Part shown: positions 51,963 to 64,000 of the stretch, piece after piece
How the letters are laid out: each line of letters starts with the position of its first letter
Position numbering within the stretch: position 1 is the stretch's first letter
Assembly (NCBI GenBank): GCA_002189035.1
Contig: NEEC01000011.1
Coordinates: 1,612,001-1,676,000 of the forward strand
Direction: 5' to 3'
From: Utricularia gibba
Taxonomy: Eukaryota; Plantae; Magnoliophyta
DNA length: 64,000 bases
Notes under the pieces: generated by a model
What the model was told of the DNA's origin: nothing
Seen by the model: the letters and a program-made list of their open reading frames with translations, nothing else
Databases searched by the model: none
Made by a program: the position numbers and the translations under genes

Positions 51963-53874
51963 GTTGAATTTTTTTATGTGTTTGGTGTTGTGTGTGAGTT
52001 TCGTTTTCTTTTTCCTTTTTTTTCTTGTCTTTTCCTTCTTCTTTCTGTTTTTCTTCCCTTTCCTTGTTGTCTCTTTTCCATATTGATATAACTATCTGGT
52101 AATTATTATCAATATAGTTTCATAGTAAATCAATACGAAAAATGTATAAATATTGTATATTTTTCGGGCGCTGCTCAAAGTAACATGTAGCGTCCAGTAT
52201 CTTGTGGGCGCCACTTCGAATAAGAAGCAGCGCCGTGGCGCAGTGTTTGAAGTAACACATTCGGCATAAATCTTTTGAAACATGTCTCATCCGGTAGCCT
52301 TATACAATATCGATTTACAAAGAGGAGACCGAGAGTTGTAGGATTACATCAGAAAATATTAATTCTTCTGTATTCCTTATAAGAATGCTGTATTTTGATC
52401 ATTGGATGGATCATTTTAATAATTGAAATTGAAGCCTCTTTAATATAATTGGGCTATTACAATAAGACTACATGTACTTATATTTTAGAGACTCATAAAA
52501 CCACCAATGCTCATGTCCTTCTACAATTAGAGGCTTCCTACGTCGAAATGTTTCCACGTAGCTACGTACATCATCCACTTCATAAAATCCTTCCAAGAAT
52601 AATCAAAGGTATCCATCACTTTGTAGTGCAATGTCATCCCTTTGCGTAATGCTGTGAGTAAAGACATTGCATTGTTTACGTGTTGAAAACGATTAAAAAA
52701 AACTAGCACATATGGATTCTACAATAGAGGCATGCAATGATAACACGTTACCAGATTTAGGAGCGATTTTTTTGGTGAATCATCAATTAATAATATATTA
52801 CTAGTATTGTAACGATAATTGAAGGTTGTATCGTCATCCCATACACATCACAAATCCTTAAATATAATAGTATTGAAGCTTCCACTAATGGCAATTTGTG
52901 TGTCAGTGTACTTACTTATACCCCAACAAAATGCTAGATCTCTTCGACGGCAACCCGCAAGGATGAAGTCAACTATTTTACGTATAAGTCTACTACAAAG
53001 CAAAAAGAGTCATTAGTGATTAAAATACACCAATGAATTGTTATTTTATAAACTTACTCTTTTCGTGAGGACCAAATGGCCACATCAAACATTTCCAAGC
53101 ATCAAGATATAAATTTGTTACAATTTGGTCTTAAATAAACTATAATAAAAAAACGAATGTCATCACTGCACAAGTAGTTAGAGTGACAAAATTGTACTAC
53201 TTACTCGCTCTTCACTCGATGATGCAGTTAGGTTTTCCTATTGCATGTCCCTTGTCCATGTACACAACATCTGCAAGTAGATCGTTAATATCTAAAATGA
53301 TTAATTTCTTTGGACTTGAAGCACCAACTTCGTGCAGAGTGAACATTGGATATCTTATTTGATATTGGTAGATGGTTTTCTTCAATTAATCTACTTTCTT
53401 TCTAGCCTCCTCAAGCTCAGAACGCAATTGCACAACATCATGATCCTCTACTTGTTGTGGAGCAGATGAACCAACTGTCTCCTCCTCATAAACATCATGA
53501 TGTGTTGTATGTTCTCCTTCTACCTCATGTTATTCGAGATGAGTCTACACAGTTCTTATCCTACGAGAATTGTCACATCAAATACGTATTGCACCTCTGA
53601 CATTCGAAATTGGTGATTCAATATCTCTCTATCTCATGTCTTTTGCTATTAGTAATGCTCCAAGACACTCTTTGTCGTCTTCATCCAACAGTTGGATACC
53701 TTATAATATAAAAAATAACTATTAGTTGAAAACATAAAAAAAGTTAAGAAAATCAAAAGAGTCTTGCAAAGGAAGCATTTTCTACCCGTTGATTTTCCAA
53801 CATTGGACGAGATTGAAAGATGTTTAGATATTCTTATTCACATGTCTTTCGGTGGAGTGACCCATACGAAACTA

Positions 53875-56800
53875 GGCTGAGTTGGTGATATACATCTTTT
53901 TACAATTTTAGTTTGCAAAATACATCCTTTTGGTTAATGTTGGGAAAATACATTTTTATGTATTTTTGTTTTTTTTTAACTCAGCAGCTTTTTTTACCTC
54001 AATGAAATGTGGAATTTTGGATTTGTCTGTCCAATTTTTCAACTGGGTTTCTTGAGATTTGCATTCTCATTTACCGGGTTTGTGTTAATGCGATGAACTA
54101 AGTGAGTTAGAGATTGGGGTCCTATGGATCTTGGGTTTTGATTTTTTTGTCATTCTGATCAATATTGATCTTTGGTATCTCATCACTTTTCCGTATTCTT
54201 GATAGAATACGAAAAATACATATTTTTTTTAATTTTTGTTTTATTTACAAGTGATATAAATGAGTGTTTTTATCGATCGAAGGTAAATTATCCATTTGAC
54301 TCAAAGCCAATATTTGAAAAAATAGATCAAGTATTCAACTGCATTTTAGACAATTTTAAAACATCTACTTCTTCTTAAATACACCACTTATTTTATTTCC
54401 AATAAGTTTCACAAGGCCCTTCTTCCTCTGGGTGCCAATGTTTGTGCCACTCCGACTCTCGAGTTGCGGATGCCTTGGAAGATATGATATCGAATTCCTA
54501 GCAGCTATGCCTTGCGGAGCCCAAGGGGGATGTGATATTGAATCACATGCCGTTGTTGAGATGGGTTGTATAGCAAGACCCAATTCGAGACCATCATACG
54601 ACGAATGTCTGAACGAGGAGCCTCCCGGTTTGTTGTATCCTGTGGACAGTAATGTGCTATCTCGCCTAGAATGTGGTACCTCACTGTAAGAAGGGATCGG
54701 ATACGCCGAAGACTCTTTGAACGAGGGCGCATATCCATAATCCTGGCTTGGAGGAGGAGGAGTATTCAAATCAATCGAGCTTGGTCCCTTACTTGCATCC
54801 TGTTGTCTCCTAGAACGCCTCGATGTACTATTATGTGAATCTTCCAGTCCATGTTGTTGCATTGACTGGTTCCGGGTGATGCCAGATGAGGCTTCATTCG
54901 GTTTCCGTCGCCTCTCACGTCTAGTTGCTCTCTGCTCAAAATCTGGTGGCCCCTTGTACCTTGTTGACTGTGTTCGACCGACGGTGACTCGTTTACGTGC
55001 TGGGTCAACCAAGAGCTCAAAGGGTGCGGGTTCCCATTCACTCTCATCTCTTACCGGATTAATGCTACCTCGGTACATATTAACCATTGTGGTTACAAGG
55101 TAGTATACCGAGGCTCGAGTCCTTGGATTAATACGAAATTTATGAAGGGCCTGCATGTAATCAATGCATTTAAATCATAGGAAAAATGATATAACAGATA
55201 TCGTATTATTACCTTTTGTGCATGACGACAAGGGTAACGGTCTATGTTCCAAATCCCGCAGGCACACTCTCCTTGGATAACACGCACCCTTCGGGATTGA
55301 GAAGAGTGTGGAGTCTCCTCTATGATGTCTGCCACCTGATTCTCAGTATCATACACAATGCATTGTAGGAATGGCAATGCTCTCGCTTCCTCTCGATATG
55401 CTTCCTCCACTACTCTCCCAAAAAGTATGCCCTCTTTATGTCTCTTCATCGCTGCTGCTCGATATTTCTCAAAATACTCTCTTCCTTTCTCGAAAGTAAC
55501 CTGAAATTTTCTTGAATATTATAAAAGATTGATAGTATAAAGGCTCAAACATTATTGCATATCATAATACCTTGGCAATTTGGGTTGGAGGTAAGCGTCG
55601 AGCTTCCCTTAGGGCACCGTTCAAAGCTTCCGCAGGATTGGTGGTCATTATGGTATACCTGTACATGATGTTTGTAGATAATATAATTTGTGATGTCATA
55701 TCAAATTCATAATTTTAAAAAATAACCTAAAAACTACTAACCGATGTCCTCCATCATATAGCAATGTCCACTCCTCAAATGGAATATCTTCCAAATAAGC
55801 ATGTGCCTTTGGACAGTGCTCTTTCAAGTGATTCCATGCATTTTGAAAATCTACCTCATTCCTAGCATAAGAAACCCTATGCACCATGTTGGACACACCC
55901 TTCGATCGTCTTCCAATATGCGTCTGAACATTCTTGCGGAGGTGCCAATTACAAAAACGATGCACGCCATAATGGGGAAACCATTCCTTGTAGTTCCTAT
56001 ATGCTGCTAATATGCCTGCGGCACGGTCACTTATGATACATACTCCTTCTCTATCTCGGACAATATGCATTCCAAGCAATCCTAAAAACCACGTCCAATC
56101 CTCCTCACTCTCACTTCTTACGAAGGCGTAAGCGACAGGGCAAATCTTGTTGCTCCCATCAACGGCAACCGCAACAAGCAGCTTGTAGTCATAGCGACCG
56201 TATAAGTGTGTGGCGTCGACACATAGCACCGGACGAGCATAGGCGAAGGCTCGAATCGCAAAACCGAATGCCCAAAAAACCCTTCTTAGATAATGTGGGC
56301 CCTGGGTATCCTATGCATCATCACCCCAATTGACCACAGTGCCTGAGTTTCTATGACGAACCTCTTCTAGATACCGTGGTAGCTCTATCACAGACTTCTC
56401 CCAGGTACCGTAGCAAAGTTCGTATGCACGGATCATGCAAGCCCAGGCCTGCCACTTGCTAACCTCATACCCCCACTTGTCTCTGATAATCGACTGCACC
56501 CCTTTGATTGTGAGCGTGGCTTTCAAGTATGGTTTCAATCGAGGCGCAATGAATTTGATTGATAGGTTGGCATGATGACCAGCTCCCAATGAATCAGTCA
56601 CATCGCAAGTATGTGGCTCCACCAGCATAGTAATCCTCCATGTGTTCGTCTTCTTGCTAGGTCCCCCACGCAGCGCAAATGGGCAATTACTACTTCCATT
56701 TGCTGCTTGTCGACAAATGACGGAATAATTCTTTTTGTCACTCTTATACACCTTGAACTCTCGTTGTGCCACCGATACATGATATCTCATCACTGCATCC

Positions 56801-58975
56801 ATCATACTTTGTCTATCATTAAAATGCATACCCTCACGCAGATGCATCTCCTCTGCCTGTTGTGTATCCATAGATGGGATTCGATCATAATAATCTGCAG
56901 GGGGACCTTCTTCCAAGTCATCAAGAGTTGCATCATTGTCATCTACCCCAATAGATGGTGTAGCACCTATGTTTCCGTCATCCAACGCGGCTACTGCCAT
57001 AGCCACCTCCTCTGGGGTTGGGATAAATTCATCATCAGAGTCACTCTCGACAGTATCTGCAATGTAATCAGAATCATCATTACTGTTGTACTCTGGAAAT
57101 TCCTCATGCTCCTCCATGGGGTCATTGTCAGAGGCAGCATTTTCATGATGAGGCTCAGATGGTTGGGGATGTGGAAAATCGAACGGGTCGAAATCTTGTT
57201 CAATGTAGGACGACGGGAGTGAGTTGTACAAATTTTGATAGTATTCTGAATCGAAATATTGTTGATCTTGAATCGGTTGCGGAGCCATTGGCACTGTTAT
57301 TCATGAAAATAATTAGTAAAATGTATAGTTATCAAAATTACTTCTCTTCCTATAATGAATTAATAATTTTTTTACTTTAACCTCAATTCTCTTTATTCAA
57401 ATTAATTTTTACATTTATTTTCTTTTTATTACATATTGTTATTAACTTTCTTTTTAATTATTTAAAATATTTATACTTTACATCAATATTTTATTATTGA
57501 AATTCTTAAATTATTTTGTAAATTTTATTTTAATAATAGTTATTTTTCATCAAAATTATTATTTATTTACGAAAATTAATTTCATAAGTGATATTAATAA
57601 TAAAAATGCTAAAAAATTACTTACGATTCTATGCTGAATTAATATTTTTTTTATTTTAATCTCAACTTTTTTTATTCAAATTAATTCTCCACTTATTCTT
57701 TTTTTATTATAAATAGTTCTTAACTTTTCTTTTTGATTATTTAAAATATTTTATGTTTTTATATCAATACCTATTACTAAAATTCTTAAATCATTTTTTT
57801 AAGTTTATTTTAAATAGTTCTCAGAATTCATCGGCCAATTAATATTGCCACAACCAAAGATCTTTCTTTATGTGCAAATTAATTTTATAATTGATATTAA
57901 TTATAAATTAGTTTTTAAACTTAATTATCTAAAAATTTAGTTTATTCATTATTAAATAAAAATAAATACTATCATCAATATTAATATGATGTATGCTAAT
58001 ATAGTGATCACTTAATTATAAATCTGATGAATTGTGCATATTAATAAAATATTATGTAATCACACTCATAATAAGTATCCAAACATTATGCATTACAAAA
58101 TCAATATTTATATTTAGATTATGCAAAATTTATAGTTTTAATGCATGAAAAATAAATATAAATTATATTCTGAAAATATTGTACTTACCGGAATAACTAG
58201 AAGAAGCACATTGACTCATGCTATCATCAATAATATATAAGTCCACATCATATTGTGAGTTGAATGGATTCAAGGCATACCGTAGACCGGATTCATCAGA
58301 AATTGGGAAGAAGTTGAAGTCGTGAGTGTTGACATCGTAAAATTTGACTTTGATACGAACAATACGAAAATCTACAACTATATTTACCTCACGTTGTAAA
58401 ATCTCGATAAATCGTTCTAGTGAAATTGTAGGTTTCACTAGAATCACCTTTACGGGTCACGATCATATACAACAGAATTGGAGTATTGATCTCTTAAGAT
58501 ATTTCCACCGGAGAATATACGGATTGAAACCTTTGACATGATGATTGTGAGCAGCAATTTTTTGCAGGAAACTAAACGTAGGATATAGATGGAAGATGAG
58601 AGGTGTGGAAATGAAAAAGAAGTCAATTTAAATAAGAAGGAATTGAGACATCATTTAATATTCAACTAACTAAATGCTTTTGAATTAGTCATGGGCATGC
58701 TACGGCCATTCATTTTCAGCAGTTTAATTAAATTAAAATGAAACAATAATTTTATATTTAACCACCCATGTGATCTCTTCAAATAATTCATATGGTATAA
58801 CATTTATAAAAAATAGTTTTGTATAATTGTTAATTACATTTATTAAATAAAAATAATATATTAAAGATGTATTTTGTAAACTAAATATACAAAAGTATGT
58901 ATTTTGCAAACTAAAACCAAAAGGATGTATTTTGCAAACTAAAATACTGAAGTGATGTATTTTACCAATTTTTTC
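53875..58975 (-). mobile_element. Mutator (MuDR-like) element, 5.1 kb, structurally complete
   Basis: About 110-bp TIRs built of ttttagtttgcaaaatacatcc repeats; exact TSD tacgaaacta (53865-53874, 58976-58985); G...C termini. Confidence 0.92.
54365..58539 (-). pseudogene. Near-intact multi-exon MuDR transposase with one 1-bp frameshift (about 58455) and one in-frame TAG (56311-56313)
   Basis: PB1-like first exon, acidic linker, WRITMLVEPHTC, RRVFWAF, VDATHLYGRY, IISDRAAG, HRFCNWH and SWIM (CACGIWNIDRYPCRHA); GT-AG introns retained. Confidence 0.9.
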
Positions 58976-59869
58976 TACGAAACTAGTCCACCAATCTCCA
59001 TAGAAGTCTCATAAACCTGTGACTATTTTAATTCCTGTCTTTGATGATATTGTGAAATGATTTGTGTGAGCAACCTTGGAACACTTTGCAATGCTAAACA
59101 ATGCACCAACACTAAGCGAATATCCATCAACTTCACATAACCTCATAAATGCAACAATATTTTTAATAGAAGCTGGTGTTAAATGAGATAATGGAAGCCG
59201 TATTGAACGAAGCACGGACTCAACAAAGAGTTGGATAGATAACCTTAAACCACATCTGAAATGTTCGATGCTAATTGCAAAAGCACGAGTGCCAACACGA
59301 TGTGGTGGTTGATCTGAAATTTGTTCATCTTCTTTCTATGATATAACTAAATTTTCAGAAACTAAGTATCTTTGTCTAATCTTGTCTCCAAAAGTCATTT
59401 ATCATTGTGAATATAAGTGGAGTTAGTATAAAACATAAAAAAACAAAAAGACACCATATAACTTTAATGAATTGGTTGGATTTGAAATGTTGTGCGAGAA
59501 GAAGAAAATTTTTCTCAAGAAAAACAATTTATGTGAAGAAAAATTCACATACACGGTGAAGATGAAGGTGAAAGTTGGTAAAGATGCAACGGAAGAGGAG
59601 ATGAGGAGATGAGGATAAGAGGGTGTAGGGTTTGAAAAGAGAGTTGGTATATATTTAATTGAGGTTGGTATATATTTAATTTTTTGAAGTATTTTTAATT
59701 TTTCCAACAATATTTGAAAAAATTAACTATAATTTTTTTTAATAAAGTCATGAGTATATTTTTACTAACAAAATAGGACATTACAACTACAAATTGCAAA
59801 GAAATAAATAATTAACAATTTATTATTACATAATTTTGACTTTCTAAGCATTGGACGTGGTTGCTATGC

Positions 59870-60160
59870 TAAGCAACGCCTAGACATGCCTGGATGTCAC
59901 TTACAAATCATAAGCAGCGCTCAAGGATGCTATGGGCATTGCTTATGGATATAAGCGACGCCCAGAAACGCATTGAGCATTGGTTCATAATGCCATGGGT
60001 GCTACTTAGATGTATAAGCAGCGCCCACCACCACCTTTGGGTGATGCTTCATGATATGAACAACGCCCATCATAGCCAAGTGTCACCTAGAAATATTCGT
60101 AGCTTCCAACATTGTCGTGGGCACTGCTTACGTGTCTATGCGGCGCCCAAGAGGTGAAAG
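59870..60160. repeat. Cluster of degenerate (a)gcagcgccc motifs between the transposase and the chimeric gene
   Basis: agcaacgcc, agcagcgct, agcgacgccc, agcagcgccc, acaacgccc and gcggcgccc; similar motifs at 52165-52245. Confidence 0.5.
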
Positions 60161-60249
60161 AGTGCTGTTTTGTGTATGAGAGTGTAAAATAATTTATATG
60201 ACATTCTTTACAATACAATAATAATGACATGCTAATTCATTTTTTACTT

Positions 60250-63184
60250 ACAGAGAAAAAACCCATAACTCTTTCAAACTTAGACTTTTTTCCATGAACA
60301 CTCTATGTAGTAGAGGTGCTGGACTCGTGTGTATCATACATCCGTTGTGTCATAGAATAATGCATCGATGATCTAGGTTGCACATTGATGGGGTATTGGT
60401 TCAGATGGGACGATGTCGGAAATGATGCACGATGTCTCTGTGACTGACTTTCTTGAGTGAACTATGTTTCAAGTGACTTGTCCCGTCTGCCCGTATATCG
60501 CCCCAATTTTCTACCTTGATAATCCATTGGCATTGTAAACCTCGTTAATTGGGGTCTCCCATAGTAGATATTTTTTTTACGACTGGAGTCATGGACCATT
60601 AAAAACGGTGCTGGTGGCCATCTATCCTCATATTGCAATGGCTGAATTTGATTCTCATATATTCGAATTTGTTAGTCAAGATGTAACATGGAATTGATCA
60701 CATCCTAAGGATCAATGTTTGGCATTCGGCATGCCTTCACAAATGAAGTTACAAGTGAGTATAATGTAAAAGATAAAATACATAATCAACAGAGTTGAGC
60801 ATGTACCTGCTGAGCATGAGAGCATGGAATTCCAAAGTTTTGCCACTTCCTACACTCTCACGTGCCTTGAATAACCATCACTATGAACTTCTTTTGTTTT
60901 TCATTTTTCCTGTGAGTAGTAACTAGAACCTTCTTTTGAGCATGATCAGCTACCTTTATTGATGCATGAGGGACTGGTTTATTTCAATGTGGGTATTGTT
61001 TATGAGGTTGGTCTGCGAACATAATGTGTCGCTGTCATTGATGTTGTGTCTTTTTTAATCTATTAGAAAAGTAGTGCTCACATCGCGCTAATGTAGCCTG
61101 CTCATAAAAAGGAAAACATTGGTAACTATATTTGTGGATATGCATCTAGAATTAATGGTACTTGTTCCAATGAGCACAGGGGTAGGTGTCTCGCGCCCTT
61201 CAATACTCCATTCATACCTTCAACTTGATTTGTTGTTAAGGTCCTGCATCTACATAATATGCAATAATGTAGATTAAACATTAGATGAGCACGAAAATAT
61301 TCATGACTGCACCTTGCTCCTCCATCATACGCTAGAGTCCAGGATTCAGGTTGTAATCGATTCAGGTACTCCCATGCTTCTGGGTGTATTTTGTAAATTT
61401 CTTCCATTTAGAGGCTCAACTTATTTGTCGATGTGGCATACACAGCTTTCATAAATATTTCACGCATACGTGGAAATTTGCCATACTTTCTGAGAAATTT
61501 GGACCGCAGGTGACATATACAATATCTATGAGAATCCTATAGTTAGACATGAATGCCCTAACTTTTGGTGTTGTATTTTCTATAGAGGGGCACCAGTCTG
61601 ATATAATGCAACATGCCCTGTGCAACCACATGTCGATCCAATAATTGAATAAACCAATGTCACGAGTCATCATTTTCACTGTCAACAACCACAAATGCAA
61701 GAGGCAAAAGAAGACTAGAAGCGTCAACTGTTACAGCAATCAATAATTTATGAGAGTATCGCAATACAGGTGGGTGGCATCCACCATGATCATAGGTCGA
61801 CAAAAATGGAATGCCCGAATGCATTGTCCAAAAGACCAAAATACATATTTCAATACCTTGGTTTCATATACATCCGACTGCCTATATTGATATTCCACAA
61901 TGGTGCATGAATTTCTAAGTTGTACTTCCAAAAGAAATTGAGGTAGAAGGGGTACTGAAAACTCCCATGTCCCATAAATAATTTCATAGCTTTTTTGCAT
62001 GCCATACCATCCCGAGAGTAAGAGATACTATAGCTTGTTTTCTCTTTGATAACTTGTTGAACAATGGTAACTTTCATACCGAAGTCTACTTCAAGAAAAG
62101 GTCTTGCACATTCTGCTATATACGTCAGTGTGATATTTCGATGAGATAGTGACTTTGAACCCAGACGTTTACATGTGTGCAGCTCCTCTAGTGCAGCTAT
62201 CTTCCAAACAACATCACGAATGAAGTATGCACAACGAATCCGTCATTTGCATCTTTGCTCTTTCATCTTGTAACAACGATATTCGACATGCATCCCATCT
62301 TGCACTTTGTATGTCCTAAATTCACATCCAATTTTGATTGTGTACATCACCACTTCATTATGAAAGGTGTCCTTTGATGCAAATCTCTGATGTTTAGAGA
62401 AGGGAGAGCTTATCAAATGAAGAGGGTTTGTGACGTCCATGGAGTATTCATCTTCGTCTTCCAAGTTATTGATAATAAAAGATGGAGGTATCCATCATCC
62501 ATCTCCAACATTAGCTCGCCTATTTGATGATTCAAACATGATCATCTCGTCCTCTTCTTGTGTTTCCTCAGTTGCATGTTCATCTTCGTCAAGTGGCTCA
62601 TTGCCCTGAATATCAAAGTCGACATCGCAGTGTTGCATATAATCCACTAGAATGTCATTGCAACCTACAGGATCATCTATACATCGTACTCATGTGTTTC
62701 CTCACCTCCGCACATATAGATTATACAATAGTCAAGCTAAATTTCAGGAACAACACATTAAAAAAATTCTTTCGCTTTCTATGTCACCATACCTTCAATC
62801 ATTTCTTCTTCAGCACAGCAAATATTTAAATCAACGTTAAAGACATCTTCTGGGACTTGCTTTAACATGTGTTCCACGAAAAAGCCGAAACCATTTGTGC
62901 ATGGCTTGGATTGAAAGCATACAAAAAAATACAATCTACTGTAACTGGAAAACTCGAGTACAGTTAGAAGAAGAATAAAAAAACTGAATTATTATTCGGA
63001 TTTCGTTTTGTGCTGGGTCTATGCCTCAAACCGAATACAATTCTTCATGAAGAGAATTTAGTGAAATACAACTCTCAAATCTTCAGATGGATATTGGTGG
63101 TAGATCATAGGCTCTATAATTGTTCGAGTATTCAATTGCGTTACCTCCATAAAAGATCTTGGCGATGATGCTGCCGGTATTCAT
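60250..63184 (-). pseudogene. Older decayed MuDR-type transposase
   Basis: MNTGSIIAKIFYGG start, FWSFGQCIRAFHFCRPMIMVDATHLY, TTNQVEGMNGVLKGARHLP and a SWIM remnant; many stops. Confidence 0.85.
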
Positions 63185-63439
63185 CTCCTTGTTTGCAAAG
63201 ATTGCAGCACTCACGTACTAACTTATAAATGAGAGGCTAGTATTGAGTGAAAGATGAAGAAGTATGAGAATACACTGTTGCGTGTCGTTTCCTTAACAAA
63301 TCTTAAATATAGATAAAACGTAAAAAAAAAGAAGCATAGTACGAATATTAATCTCAGGGAGTTGTTTTTCATGAAAACTGTTTTGTAAAAAAACTTCTAC
63401 AAAATGTCACGGTTTTGTAAAAGGGGGTTTTTGAAATGC

Positions 63440-64000
63440 AGAAATGAAAGATACAACCTTAGTGATGAACCTTGAGTACGGGATGTAGTTCCTAGGAAAG
63501 AGATTACATATCCTTCCTTTGTTCATCCTTGCCTCGGTTTTCATTGATTTCTTCCGAATAGTCTACTCTCCCTTACACTTTGATTGACAAAAAGGCACGG
63601 GAATAGTCTCATGTGATTCTCCCTTGGACGATTAAGAAGACAAGAAGATTGCCTTCGATTGCCTTCAAAACCGAATTGCACGCATGTGCCCAATTGTTGC
63701 CAATGGCCAGTGGTAGGCTCGAGGTCACAACCTGTCCACTGTCGTGATACTTAGGCCATAAACAATCTGCTACTTCCCTCGAACCGGCAGGGTTGGAATT
63801 GGTGCTCTTCACCTTGATCTTCAACAAAATCCGCGAGGAGTGGCCTGCTACTTATGGACCTTCACTATGAATCGTTACAGAAAGACTACAACAAAATACG
63901 TGGAAGTATGCGAAATCCGAAATGAATTTAGTGAAAAAACGAGTATATTGCTTAGGATTTGGAAGGAAACTCCATCTTCTTCCAGAAACTAAAAGGTTTT
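63440..64000 (-). mobile_element. Third, more diverged Athila-like LTR fragment
   Basis: Reverse complement aligns with 51520-51700 (ggacag...gtgacctcg, gcaattcgg, cgtccaagg, tgcctttttg, gtgtaagggag). Confidence 0.55.

Larger units (their letters stand above)
52520..59398 (-). pseudogene. Decayed chimeric gene: Transposase_28-like N-terminus + coiled coil + FCP1/NIF (HAD-like) phosphatase domain; interrupted by a nested MULE
   Basis: 59398-58977 reads HFRCGLRLSIQLFVESVLRSIRLPLSHLTPASIKNIVAFMRLC...DWWTSFV and continues WVTPPKDM at 53864; downstream exons read KKLIILDINDLLADVV, YLRPNCNKFIS*CLEMFDVAIWSSRK, IVDFILAGCRRRDLAFCW and LFLEGFYEVDDVRSYVE with GT-AG introns and several stops. Confidence 0.7.

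Noticed and set aside
52085-52330. Left TIR of an outer MULE enclosing the chimeric gene
   Set aside because: No inverted match to 63300-63440 or TSD could be found, so the outer element's boundaries are not claimed.

Overview
AT-rich plant (probably eudicot) nuclear DNA. 1-20 kb is a TE-riddled tandem array of three divergent class II LBD genes (minus strand), each carried on a duplicated unit that includes a G-box promoter module; two partial copies of the promoter/5' end of the neighbouring STN7 gene are interleaved. 20-42 kb is a block of single-copy genes: STN7 kinase (10 exons), a CYC/TB1-type TCP with a shortened R domain, a small membrane protein, a CML15/16-like calmodulin-like gene, a candidate H/ACA snoRNA locus and a PI4-kinase gamma whose ORF is cut by a 1-bp deletion in a G run. 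44.9-64 kb is a transposon nest: a rearranged copia element holding a solo LTR, Athila-like LTRs, two Mutator transposases, and a decayed chimeric gene joining a Transposase_28-like domain to an FCP1/NIF phosphatase-like domain. That chimeric gene is the best candidate for an undescribed system. All family assignments come from recalled motifs and manual alignment; no database search was run.
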